This document shows positions 1-9,108 of a stretch of 64,000 bases of DNA, in pieces (the stretch's first letter is position 1; each line of letters starts with the position of its first letter). The position numbers and the translations under genes were made by a program. The DNA comes from an uncultured candidate division Zixibacteria bacterium (GTDB lineage: Bacteria; Zixibacteria; MSB-5A5; GN15; FEB-12): the NCBI GenBank assembly GCA_963806185.1, contig CAWDXE010000004.1:288001-352000 (forward strand), read 5' to 3'. The notes under the pieces were generated by a model. The model was not told the origin of the DNA. It was given only the letters and a program-made list of their open reading frames with translations, and made no database searches.

Positions 1-138
1 TCCTGCGCCACGGACTGCTCCTGCTGTTGTCAGCGAATGTCGATTGGATATAACGGACCTATTTAGACGATAATGTAGAGAGCGGCGGCTGATGGAGCAA
101 GTTAGAAAATGTCCGAAAGCTAGGCAGGCAAAAGTGAA

Positions 139-189
139 GGCAGGTTGGCCGGCTCGCGAAGGGTGCCTTCGCCAGTCCGCCGACCTGCC
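139..189 (-). terminator. Long GC-rich hairpin downstream of the minus-strand dockerin gene, probable intrinsic terminator
   Basis: GGCAGGTTGGC(139-149) pairs with GCCGACCTGCC(179-189) around an inner GCGAAGG-GTG-CCTTCGC hairpin; on the minus strand it is followed by TTCACTTTT. Confidence 0.55.
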
Positions 190-223
190 GTTTCAATTCG
201 ACAATCTCAATTGCCCGGCATCC

Positions 224-1387
224 TCACTTGGGGCAGGGCGTGATCTGATCAAATGACATGAACAAGTGCAGTATCATCATGGTCAGGTCGCCGATATCGA
301 CAATCCCGTCACAATTGATATCGCCGGCAGGGTACACGTTGGGTACTGCCACGGTGATGCCGACACCAATATACGGCACCGACGTCGGGGCCGTCGGATT
401 CAGATTCTCAAAGAGTATTGTTCCTGCATACGTACCCGTACCCAGTTGCAGAGCGTTCGCCTTGACCCACACCGCTGCCGGTGTCTGGAAACCAACCGGA
501 GCAACATCCTCGACCGTGATCCAGGTTTGCGTGGGGTTAAGGGTGAAGTCAATCGGTAGCCCGCTGGACGTGAAATTGACCAGGAAACTGTCATCGGCGG
601 CGTACCCGGCTGTCGCGTGAAATTGTACCGAGTCCATCGAAACCTTCAGCGTCTCCGGGGGGAGGGTGTACTCGGCCAGTTGTATAACCGGAACCACCAA
701 GTCACTGTTTCTCTCGATCGATGGCTTCCAAATGCTGGACCGTTCCACCAATTGCGGTACGATGCTGCCGACGCCGGGAGCGGTGCGACTGTAAAACAGA
801 GTATAAAGAGTATGATTCCCGGCAATCGGCTCGAAAACCTCTGCGGCGATCATGTTCACCGTGTCCATATAGCGCAATGTGCCCGGACTGAAGGATCGAG
901 TCAGCCACGAATCCGAACCGCGATTCACTGAATCCAACCGAAATAGACTGATCCCCGCTCCTTCTGTCAACATTGGCAGGTAAAAGCCCTGGGCATCCGC
1001 TCCCAAACTTCCGACTATTGTCAAACGAACCGTATCGACGCCGTCAGGTACTACCCCCATGTAGGGGAAGAAGACCGTATCCACCATTGAGGGCGCGAAA
1101 GTGTACGTTTGACCCTGCGAGCAGTCAAAGATCACTGGATCCGGTCGGAACATCCAGTTCATCAGCGGGACTAAGTCGGCAACGGTGATGCCCTGATGTC
1201 CGTCCATATCGGCCGTCGCCGGATTTGGAATTGAACCGAAGGGATCAGACAGGTATGACATCAAATACGATGCGTCGCTTAGGTCTTTCGACCCGTCTTC
1301 GTCGACATCGCCGCAGATCTGGGCCGTCGTTGAGCCGGCTCCGGCTAACACGACGGCGAGGAGCCCGATCCATAGAAGGCGCTTCAT
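224..1387 (-). CDS. Secreted protein: N-terminal dockerin, cohesin-like domain, BACON-like domain, C-terminal dockerin repeat
   Basis: Signal peptide MKRLLWIGLLAVVLAGAGSTTA-Q; EF-hand-like repeats GDVDEDGSKDLSD and ADMDGHQGITVAD; WITV...GTYAGTILF BACON-like motif; C-terminal GDINCDGIVDIGDLT; AAGGA SD upstream. Confidence 0.75.
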   Translation of the reverse strand: MKRLLWIGLLAVVLAGAGSTTAQICGDVDEDGSKDLSDASYLMSYLSDPFGSIPNPATADMDGHQGITVADLVPLMNWMFRPDPVIFDCSQGQTYTFAPSMVDTVFFPYMGVVPDGVDTVRLTIVGSLGADAQGFYLPMLTEGAGISLFRLDSVNRGSDSWLTRSFSPGTLRYMDTVNMIAAEVFEPIAGNHTLYTLFYSRTAPGVGSIVPQLVERSSIWKPSIERNSDLVVPVIQLAEYTLPPETLKVSMDSVQFHATAGYAADDSFLVNFTSSGLPIDFTLNPTQTWITVEDVAPVGFQTPAAVWVKANALQLGTGTYAGTILFENLNPTAPTSVPYIGVGITVAVPNVYPAGDINCDGIVDIGDLTMMILHLFMSFDQITPCPK

Positions 1388-1653
1388 AGTGTGCGTTCCT
1401 TTCCGGTCGGGTCGGAAGATAGTCGTGGAATGACAATTGAATTAATCAAGGACGATTCGTTCCGCGGATATCCTCGTCCGACCAGTGAGATTAATTTGTA
1501 ACGATGTTTCTACATACTATATGCTCGCTCACCTATAATCATGCAAGCAAAAAGTGGACTATGTTATTGACTTGGTCTGGGGGTGTTGTTTTCAGTCAAC
1601 ACTTCACCTGATTGGTCCGGATTCGGCACTATTGGCCCGGAAAATCACTCCAC

Positions 1654-1682
1654 TTGACCTGTCCCAGCTAACCACCTACATT
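1654..1682 (+). promoter_or_regulatory. Sigma70-type promoter for glyA
   Basis: TTGACC-17 bp-TACATT, followed by GGAG/GAGG SD before ATG 1715. Confidence 0.55.
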
Positions 1683-1714
1683 GCACGGCAACGATTTGAC
1701 TGCGGAGTGAGGAC

Positions 1715-2973
1715 ATGTCGTACCTTAAAGATGTCGATCCGGAAATATACGACGCTATGCTTAAAGAGACCAACCGCGCAGTCCACCAAACTCGAACTGA
1801 TCGCCTCGGAAAATTTCGTCTCCGAAGCGGTGCTCGAGGCCGCCGGCGGAGTGATGACCAACAAGTACGCCGAAGGGTACCCGGCTAAGCGGTACTACGG
1901 CGGCTGCGAATGGGTGGATGTCGCCGAGAATCTTGCCCGCGAGCGCGCCAAACAGCTCTTCGGCTGTGACCATGCCAATGTTCAGCCGCACTCCGGCTCC
2001 AACGCCAACATGGCCGTCTATTTCACCGTTCTCAAACCGGGGGATAAGGTGATGGGACTCGATCTCGTCGCACGGCGGCCATCTGACGCACGGCCATCCG
2101 ATCAATTTCTCCGGCTTCCTCTTTCAGTTCACCGGCTACCAGGTAAGACGCGAACGGAAATGATCGACTACGACCGGCTTGATCGAACAGGCTCGCGAGG
2201 TTCAGCCGAAGATGATCGTGTCTGGAGCCTCGGCTTATCCGCGCTTCTGGGACTTTGAACGAATTCGGGAGACGTGCGACGCGGTCGGCGCCTACATGAT
2301 GGTCGATATCGCTCACATCGCCGGTCTGGTGGCGGCCGGATTGCATCCGTCACCGATTCCGTACGCCGATTTTGTCACTACCACCACTCACAAGACCCTC
2401 CGCGGTCCGCGCGGTGGGATGATCATGTGCAAAGAAAAGTACGCCGCCGATCTCGACCGGATGGTCATGCCCGGCATCCAGGGCGGCCCGCTCATGCATA
2501 TTATCGCGGCCAAGGCGGTCGCATTCAAAGAGGCTCTCAAGCCGGAATTCAAAGTCTACCAGAAGCAGATTATCGATAACGCCAAGGCCCTGGCCGACGC
2601 GCTCAAAGCCAAGGGATACCACCTTGTCACCGGCGGCACCGATACCCATCTGATGCTCGTGTCGTTCGTGGACGTCCCGAAGATGACCGGCAAGAAAGTC
2701 GAACAGACGCTGGACAAAGCCGGCATCACGGTCAACAAGAACACCGTCCCGTTCGATCCGGAAAAGCCGTTCGTCACGTCCGGTATTCGCATCGGCACGC
2801 CGGCGGTCACCACGCGCGGCATGACAACGAACGAGATGCCGATCATCGCTGATTTCATCGATCGCGCCATCAAGCATCGTGATGACGACGCGGCGCTGGC
2901 GGCAATTGCCAACGAAGTTGCAACCCTTTGCGGACGCTTTCCGTTGTACGCGGATCACCTGCGGGGGGCCTGA
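1715..2973 (+). CDS. glyA: Serine hydroxymethyltransferase (about 4 frameshifts, probable sequencing errors)
   Basis: [38 protein letters not shown] and TSGIRIGTP motifs spread over several frames; start [12 protein letters not shown] at 1715. Confidence 0.93.
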
Positions 2974-2974
2974 G

Positions 2975-3283
2975 GTGCTGGTCCAATTGACGATGTTCCC
3001 TACTGATCGCCGCTCCGCGTCGGTTTCATCGGACGTGGCCAGGGTGATCGATATGATCGACCGTTCCGGCCTGTCGTACGCCCTGACGGCCATGGCGACA
3101 ATCATTGAGGGGGATTGGGATGAAATCATGACCGTAGTGAATCGGGCCCGCAAAATGCTCCTGCGGACACACAGTCGCGTCTACATTTCGATGGTGATTG
3201 ATGACCGCAAGGGGGCGAAGCGGCGGTTGACCGGGAAGGTCGCGTCAGTTGAAGCGAAACTTGGCAGGAAGGTGAGGACATGA
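2975..3283 (+). CDS. MTH1187/DUF77 thiamine-binding-fold protein
   Basis: SVSSDVARVIDMIDRSGLSY..T..EGDWDE..RVY..IDDR..KV.SV pattern; GTG start just after the glyA stop. Confidence 0.8.
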   Translation: MLVQLTMFPTDRRSASVSSDVARVIDMIDRSGLSYALTAMATIIEGDWDEIMTVVNRARKMLLRTHSRVYISMVIDDRKGAKRRLTGKVASVEAKLGRKVRT

Positions 3284-3603
3284 GCGAAGACACGCGCGTG
3301 GTATTTATCAGCATTCCTCGTGAAGAGGCCCGAAAAATGGCCCGCACCCTGGTGGAAAACCGGTTCGCCGCCTGCGTCAATATCATTCCGGCGATCGAGT
3401 CATTCTACTGGTGGGACGATGCTGTTCAACATGACGAAGAGGCACTGATGGTGGTCAAAACCACCCGACAGCGCTTTGATGCCCTTATGGAGTTTGTCGA
3501 GGAACATCACCCCTATGAGCTGCCGGAGATCATTGCTCTTCCCATAGTGGATGGCCTCCCGGATTACCTTGCCTGGGTGCGCGAAGAAACCGAGAAACTC
3601 TAG
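3280..3603 (+). CDS. cutA: Divalent-cation tolerance protein CutA
   Basis: AACVNIIP.IES.YWW and HPYELPEII motifs. Confidence 0.9.
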   Translation: MSEDTRVVFISIPREEARKMARTLVENRFAACVNIIPAIESFYWWDDAVQHDEEALMVVKTTRQRFDALMEFVEEHHPYELPEIIALPIVDGLPDYLAWVREETEKL

Positions 3604-3625
3604 CGGGTCCCCTCGATTGGTACCC

Positions 3626-4442
3626 ATGTCCGACCCAAAGCTGATCACTCGCCAACTCGCGCCGTTATTGCGCCTGATCCGCCTGACTCTCGACCCGAAC
3701 GATCCTCCTGCGATTCCGCTGTCGTCACTCTGGGTCATCAAGGAAACTCGAGATCGCATTGATAACGGCGAGCTGGTCGCCGCCGAACCGCTCATCAAGC
3801 TCGGGAATATCGAATTCGGTCTCGGGGAAGCTGACGCGGGCGATCGAATATTATAAGCAGGCCGCTTTGCGGGCCGAGGCCGATAGCAAGCGGGAGTTGG
3901 CCGGTATCGCTCTCGTGAATTCGGGCGCCGTTTACCTGGGCCAACGCCAGTTTCAGATGGCCCTCCGCATGTACCAGCGCGCGCTGGGGCATGCCTCCGC
4001 ATCCGCAGATCATCGGTCACACGTTTCTTCCCTGATCGGCATGGGCCTGGCCTTTAAGAATGTCGACAGCGAGACGATGGCCAGACAATCACTCGAACAG
4101 GCCATCCGAATCGCGAAGAAACATGAGCTAGCTGACCTCCAGGCCTGCGCTTTACAACAACTGGGATTCTTCGATTATGCCTCCGGCAATTTCAGTCTTG
4201 CCATCGCTCAGTTGCGCTCGGCCCTTGATCTCTACGCGCAGACCGGCAACGGTATTGATCAAGTAAGGGCCTATTTTAATATCGCACTGGTGTACGCCGA
4301 CTCCGGAGATGGCGAAGCCGCCATTCGGCACCTGGAACGGGCCAGGGAATTGCGCGACACCCATAATCTCCAATACGGCGACCGGAAGATCGAAGATGCC
4401 ATGGCTGAAATCCGGCGTCAATCGGGGAAGGCCGCATCATGA
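3626..4442 (+). CDS. Tetratricopeptide-repeat protein (one frameshift in the GGGG run near 3824)
   Basis: MSDPKL...LGNIEFGLG joins KLTRAIEYYKQA when one G is removed; repeated TPR helices (ALRMYQRAL, AIAQLRSALDLY, AIRHLERA). Confidence 0.7.
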
Positions 4443-4921
4443 AATGCCCCAAGTGCGGACATGAGGAAGACAAGGTGGTAGACAGCCGTCCGTCACAGGA
4501 TGGACGCGCGATCCGTCGCCGCCGTGAATGCCTCGCCTGTTCGGAGCGTTTTACCACCTACGAGTATGTCGAACAGGGGAGTATCACGGTGCTCAAATCC
4601 GACGGTCGGCGAGAACCGTTCGACCGCAACAAGGTGCTCACTGGAATCAAACTCGCCTGCAATAAGCGTCCGGTGAGCCCTGAGCACATCCAGACGATGG
4701 TGGATGAGGTCGAAGCCTATTGCCACTCCCTTTCGTTGAGCGAAGTTCAATCGGCCACGATCGGTGAGGCGGTCATGAAGAATCTGCGTGAGGTCGACGA
4801 AGTGGCATATGTCCGCTTTGCCTCCGTGTACCGTGACTTCAAGGACATGGATGAATTCCTGGATGAGTTGAAGAAACTCCGCCGTCAGCGCCCCGCTTCG
4901 CGCGATCGCGCCGAAGAATAA
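4439..4921 (+). CDS. nrdR: Transcriptional repressor NrdR
   Basis: MKCPKC, IRRRREC..C..RFTTYE, ATP-cone, VAYVRFASVY. Confidence 0.96.
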   Translation: MKCPKCGHEEDKVVDSRPSQDGRAIRRRRECLACSERFTTYEYVEQGSITVLKSDGRREPFDRNKVLTGIKLACNKRPVSPEHIQTMVDEVEAYCHSLSLSEVQSATIGEAVMKNLREVDEVAYVRFASVYRDFKDMDEFLDELKKLRRQRPASRDRAEE

Positions 4922-4984
4922 CACTCTCCGCTGCCGTTCGACCCTCGGCTTTCCCTTCCCTCACTGCGTAGTGTAATTCAATGA

Positions 4985-5012
4985 TTGACATTATTGGTCC
5001 GCGCTTTATATT
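4985..5012 (+). promoter_or_regulatory. Sigma70-type promoter
   Basis: TTGACA-16 bp-TATATT upstream of the secreted propeller gene. Confidence 0.55.
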
Positions 5013-5105
5013 ATTCGGCGTACCCTCACGTGTGGTCCGAATGTGGTCATGCCTCGCCGCAGGATGCGAATCGGTCAACTCTGTCATATCAAAGGGAGAT
5101 GCGCA

Positions 5106-6968
5106 GTGCTCAAACTCGTGTTCAGCCGAATAGCGACGGTCATCGGCCTCGTCATTTTGATCAGTTCGTCCTCCTGGGCTGTCCCACCATGGGGTGAGAC
5201 GTCCGGGCCGGCTGATGTCGGCTCAATTGACGCCCCACTGGTGCCGGCCGTGCAGAGTGCATTACCTTCAGACTTGTCCGCGGCGTCATCCAGTGTGTAT
5301 GGATTTTGTCTGGATACGATCTACAATTTCGGCACTTTTGGCGGCTGCAATTGCTGGGGGTGGCTGGCGCCCAACGGCGACGAGTATGCCATCATGGGCA
5401 TCGACACGGGCATAGCCTTCGTCAATACCCGGACCCGGGCCGTGTGCGATGTTGTCGGCGGCCCGATCAACGGCTGCGGCAACACTCGCTGGCGCGAAAT
5501 CAAGACATATCGCCACTACTGCTATGTCGCGTCAGAATGCTCGGGGACTCGTCAGGGAATCATGATCCTCGACCTGCAGTATCTGCCCGACAGCGTCAAG
5601 TTTGTCCGCTCCTACACTACACTGGACGACGTTACCTGCCACTGCCTCTCTATCGACACCGCCAAAGGATACCTCTACGCGGTCAAATCCAATTACGACG
5701 GCTTCCGGGTCATCAGCTTGGCGGACCCGGAACAACCGCTTGAATTGCCCTTTGTCAATACCGGCGACTTGCACGACATCACGGCGATTAACGACACGGT
5801 CTATGCCGCGGAGGGAACCCACCACTCTTTTTCGATATGGAACATGGCCAACAAAACCGCGCCCGGGCTCCTCGCGCGAGTCACCATCCCCAGTGGGGGA
5901 TACGTGCACAATAGTTGGCCGACTCCCGATCGCCATTATCTGGTGACAACCGAGGAGACCGCCAACAAGACGGTCAAGATCTGGAATATCTCCGACATGG
6001 GTAATATTCAGTTGACCTCCCAGGTACTCGGGACTAGTGGGCTGGCCCACAACGCGCACGTCCGAGGCAACACTCTGTTTCTCTCCCACTACGAGTCCGG
6101 AATTTATGCCTATGATCTCACCAACCCGAGTTCACCCCAACTGCTGGCCCGGTATGACACCTACGGCACCGAGAATGCAAACTTCAACGGCGCCTGGGGC
6201 GTCTACCCCTATGCGTCAAACGGCAAGGTCTGGGCGTCCAATCTGGATGGTCGATTCTTCATACTGAACGAGGTGACTGCTACTTCTGCCGGCAATGTCA
6301 TGAGCGCCGATACGATCACTGGCCTCGCCAACGCCAACGTCACCGTCTATGTAAATGTCACCAATACACAGCCGGTTCGCACCCTCATCATTCCCCTCGA
6401 GTTCTCCGGCCCGCTGAATTTGACTCTGCTCAATCTCTCGCGAACCGGTACGCGCACGCAGGCCTTTCAGAGCGAGGGATATCTGGCGTTCGATCCGGGC
6501 AACAAGAAGCTCGTTTTCACCACGACTTCGTCGGGCAATGGCACTGTACCGGACCTGCCGCCCGGTTCCGGGCCGGTTCTCAAATTGACGTTCAAAATCC
6601 CGGCGGGCGCCACGGGTGGACCCAATCCGATATCGGTGGGACCCGTCAGCGGATTCGATGCGACGCTGTCTACCAGTTGCGTGGAGTACACCATTGCCGA
6701 GGTCCCCGGCCAGGTGAGTCTCTTTGTTCCCTCCGGTTGCTGTCAGGGCACGGTCGGCAACGTCGACGGCTCTCCCGATCAGTCGGTCGACATCGGAGAT
6801 CTCACTTCGCTGATTAACCACCTTTTTATCACTTTCGATCCGCTTGTGTGTGACGATGAGGCGAACATTGAGGGTCCGGCGTCCGGGCCTGTCGATATTG
6901 GCGATTTAACTCAGATGATAAATCTGCTGTTTATTAACCCGGGCGGCACTTTCAGAAGCTGCCCGTGA
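5106..6968 (+). CDS. Secreted LVIVD/choice-of-anchor B beta-propeller protein with cohesin-like and C-terminal dockerin domains
   Basis: GTG start after GGGAG; signal peptide ending SSWA; WREIKTY, YVHNSW, AHNAHV, SHYESG and GAWGVYPY motifs; beta-sandwich VTVYVNVTN..IPLEF..LPPGSGPVLKLTF; duplicated VDIGDLT..I..LF dockerin. Confidence 0.8.
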   Translation: MLKLVFSRIATVIGLVILISSSSWAVPPWGETSGPADVGSIDAPLVPAVQSALPSDLSAASSSVYGFCLDTIYNFGTFGGCNCWGWLAPNGDEYAIMGIDTGIAFVNTRTRAVCDVVGGPINGCGNTRWREIKTYRHYCYVASECSGTRQGIMILDLQYLPDSVKFVRSYTTLDDVTCHCLSIDTAKGYLYAVKSNYDGFRVISLADPEQPLELPFVNTGDLHDITAINDTVYAAEGTHHSFSIWNMANKTAPGLLARVTIPSGGYVHNSWPTPDRHYLVTTEETANKTVKIWNISDMGNIQLTSQVLGTSGLAHNAHVRGNTLFLSHYESGIYAYDLTNPSSPQLLARYDTYGTENANFNGAWGVYPYASNGKVWASNLDGRFFILNEVTATSAGNVMSADTITGLANANVTVYVNVTNTQPVRTLIIPLEFSGPLNLTLLNLSRTGTRTQAFQSEGYLAFDPGNKKLVFTTTSSGNGTVPDLPPGSGPVLKLTFKIPAGATGGPNPISVGPVSGFDATLSTSCVEYTIAEVPGQVSLFVPSGCCQGTVGNVDGSPDQSVDIGDLTSLINHLFITFDPLVCDDEANIEGPASGPVDIGDLTQMINLLFINPGGTFRSCP

Positions 6969-6989
6969 TCTGATTCACAGTCGCGGCAG

Positions 6990-7032
6990 GGACTATTCAG
7001 GCATCTCCCGGTGCGGTCCCTGAGCATGGTCC
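6990..7032. terminator. Imperfect hairpin between convergent genes
   Basis: GGACTATTCAGG ... CCTGAGCATGGTCC; no clear U-tract. Confidence 0.3.
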
Positions 7033-7038
7033 GGGCGG

Positions 7039-7479
7039 TTATCCCGGATACTGACCTTTGATGTACTGCCAGAGGTACCGGTTTTCGACATGGATGGCGC
7101 TCATCTGCGACTTGACCACGTCACCGATCGACACCAGGCCGACCAGTACGTTATCCCGGACTATGGGAATGTGGCGAATCCGATTCTGGGTCATCACCGC
7201 AGCGATATACCCCACGTCGTCATCTTCAAGACCGACGATCACCTCTTCGGTCATGAGCTCCTCCACCAGTCGTGCTTGGAATCCTTGGGGATCGCGAAAG
7301 GCCTCCCGAAAGATGTCCTTGTCGGAGATGATGCCGATCAGCGCCTGGCGATCATTGACCACCGGCAAGCAACTTATCCGGGCGGCGATCAGAAGCGACA
7401 TGGCATCCCGGACCGGGAGACCCGGCTGGGCTGTGTGGATGGTCCGGTCCTTGGCTCTGAGAATTTCCGCTATCTGCAT
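7039..7479 (-). CDS. CBS-domain pair protein
   Basis: LPVV..LIGIISDKD and RIRHIPIV..LVGLVSIGDVVK; AGAGG SD before ATG 7479. Confidence 0.88.
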   Translation of the reverse strand: MQIAEILRAKDRTIHTAQPGLPVRDAMSLLIAARISCLPVVNDRQALIGIISDKDIFREAFRDPQGFQARLVEELMTEEVIVGLEDDDVGYIAAVMTQNRIRHIPIVRDNVLVGLVSIGDVVKSQMSAIHVENRYLWQYIKGQYPG

Positions 7480-7559
7480 TGGAAACCTCTTAATTACAAG
7501 TTGCTCGAACAAGGTAATCTGAGTTGCCAGATCGACCCCGATCTGCCTATGTTACCGTA

Positions 7560-8276
7560 ATGCGAAAGTCCATCATTAGCGGTATAAGTGGTACGATGAA
7601 ACGATCGGGAATATTGGCCCTTCTAGGCTCATGCCTAATCTGCCTGGCAGGTGTTGCCATCTTGTTCGGTTCGAGTGATGTAACCGGTCAGCCACAGTCC
7701 AGCGTGATCGAGTACTACTGGAATCGGGCCGGGGCCATTTTCCTCGCACAGCATCCCGATTCAGCCGGCTTAACCTACGTGTTGCACGCGACGACGTTCT
7801 ACCGGCACGTCAACAAGCATGGCCTTGTAACCTCAACGGACACAACGCGAGCCGCCTATTATTACAGTTGGGGCAAGCTGGATTCGGCCCGGGTGGTCGG
7901 CAAGGGAGAGGTACCCCTGAACAAGGTCAAGCTGGCTTGGCCCAACATTTTTGAAGGCCGCTATCGACTGAATTTCTACCCCAATGATACCGGTGGGACC
8001 GACTTGGCGATAGGATTCGATACCGATTCGTCCGGTTCGGCCCTCCCCACCGGCATGGTGATCATTAATCGAACGACCTATCAACCCCGATGGCTTTACC
8101 TCTACTATCCGAGCCGTGGCGACTACGAACGGCTCACCAGGTCGTTTCGCTTCGCTCCGCAGGGAAACTTCGTCTTCCCGGATTCCGTGTGGGAGGTGGG
8201 GGCGATTGCCGGCATTTTTACCAATGAGTACTACCGCGTAGAAACCGGCATAACCGGCGTGGAGATAAAGCGGTAG
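7560..8276 (+). CDS. Hypothetical exported or membrane-anchored beta-rich protein (start 7560 or 7596)
   Basis: Hydrophobic N-terminus ILALLGSCLICLAGVAILF, open frame; family not recognised. Confidence 0.6.
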   Translation: MRKSIISGISGTMKRSGILALLGSCLICLAGVAILFGSSDVTGQPQSSVIEYYWNRAGAIFLAQHPDSAGLTYVLHATTFYRHVNKHGLVTSTDTTRAAYYYSWGKLDSARVVGKGEVPLNKVKLAWPNIFEGRYRLNFYPNDTGGTDLAIGFDTDSSGSALPTGMVIINRTTYQPRWLYLYYPSRGDYERLTRSFRFAPQGNFVFPDSVWEVGAIAGIFTNEYYRVETGITGVEIKR

Positions 8277-8343
8277 CCTCTGTACCGGCCCGGTTCCAAA
8301 AGGCTTGCCAACCACGCTGGGTCAGAATACCTTGAACACCGCT

Positions 8344-9102
8344 ATGAACGTCGCCACCGATCAGATTCTTGAGTCAATCAAGTCCCATCCCGACCGGATA
8401 CCTGCGCATGTCGCCATTATCATGGATGGAAACGGCCGCTGGGCCGCTCAGCGCAATATGCCACGCACGTACGGCCACGAAATGGGCGTGAAGGCGGTCA
8501 AGGAAGTGGTCAAAGCGTCGTCCGAACTGAGTATCAAATACGTCACGCTCTATACGTTTTCCGTGGAGAACTGGAAGCGGCCGGTCGAGGAAGTAAACGC
8601 TCTGATGTCGCTCTTATCGCGGACCACGCGCGACCAACTCGATGAGTTGATGGAAAACGACGTCAAGCTGATCACGACCGGACGGATTGCCGGCCTGCCG
8701 ATGGCTCGACGGATGGTGCTCAACGAGGCAGTCAAGCGGACGCGCGACAACAAGGGGCTGGTCCTCAACCTGGCGCTCAACTACGGAGGGCGGACCGAGA
8801 TTCTTGATGCGGTCAAAGCGATCGCCAATACCGTAAAGGCGGGAATGATCGATCCGTCGGAAATCGACGAGGAGCTGTTCAGCGGCTTTTTGTATACCGC
8901 CAACATTCCCGACCCGGATCTGTTGATCCGTACGTCCGGAGAAATGCGTATCTCCAATTTCCTGCTCTGGCAAACCAGTTACACCGAATTGTATGTCATC
9001 GATACTCTGTGGCCCGATTTCGGCCGCCGCGAGCTCTTCGAAGCGGTGCAGGAATTTCAACGGCGCGAGCGGCGCTTCGGCAAGATATCATCCGAGAGGT
9101 AA
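8344..9102 (+). CDS. uppS: Undecaprenyl diphosphate synthase
   Basis: HVAIIMDGNGRWA, FSVENWKRP, NYGGR, DPDLLIRTSGE.RISNFLLWQ. Confidence 0.96.
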   Translation: MNVATDQILESIKSHPDRIPAHVAIIMDGNGRWAAQRNMPRTYGHEMGVKAVKEVVKASSELSIKYVTLYTFSVENWKRPVEEVNALMSLLSRTTRDQLDELMENDVKLITTGRIAGLPMARRMVLNEAVKRTRDNKGLVLNLALNYGGRTEILDAVKAIANTVKAGMIDPSEIDEELFSGFLYTANIPDPDLLIRTSGEMRISNFLLWQTSYTELYVIDTLWPDFGRRELFEAVQEFQRRERRFGKISSER

Positions 9103-9108
9103 TTCGCC

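Noticed and set aside
1554..1714. N-terminal extension of GlyA suggested by ORF 1554-2258
   Set aside because: The real start with an SD is ATG 1715 in another frame; the extension arises from a frameshift
3815..3835. Programmed frameshift in the TPR gene (also MerR near 58066 and the barrel gene)
   Set aside because: Single extra bases, often in G runs, match the error pattern elsewhere; no canonical slippery heptamer or stimulator seen
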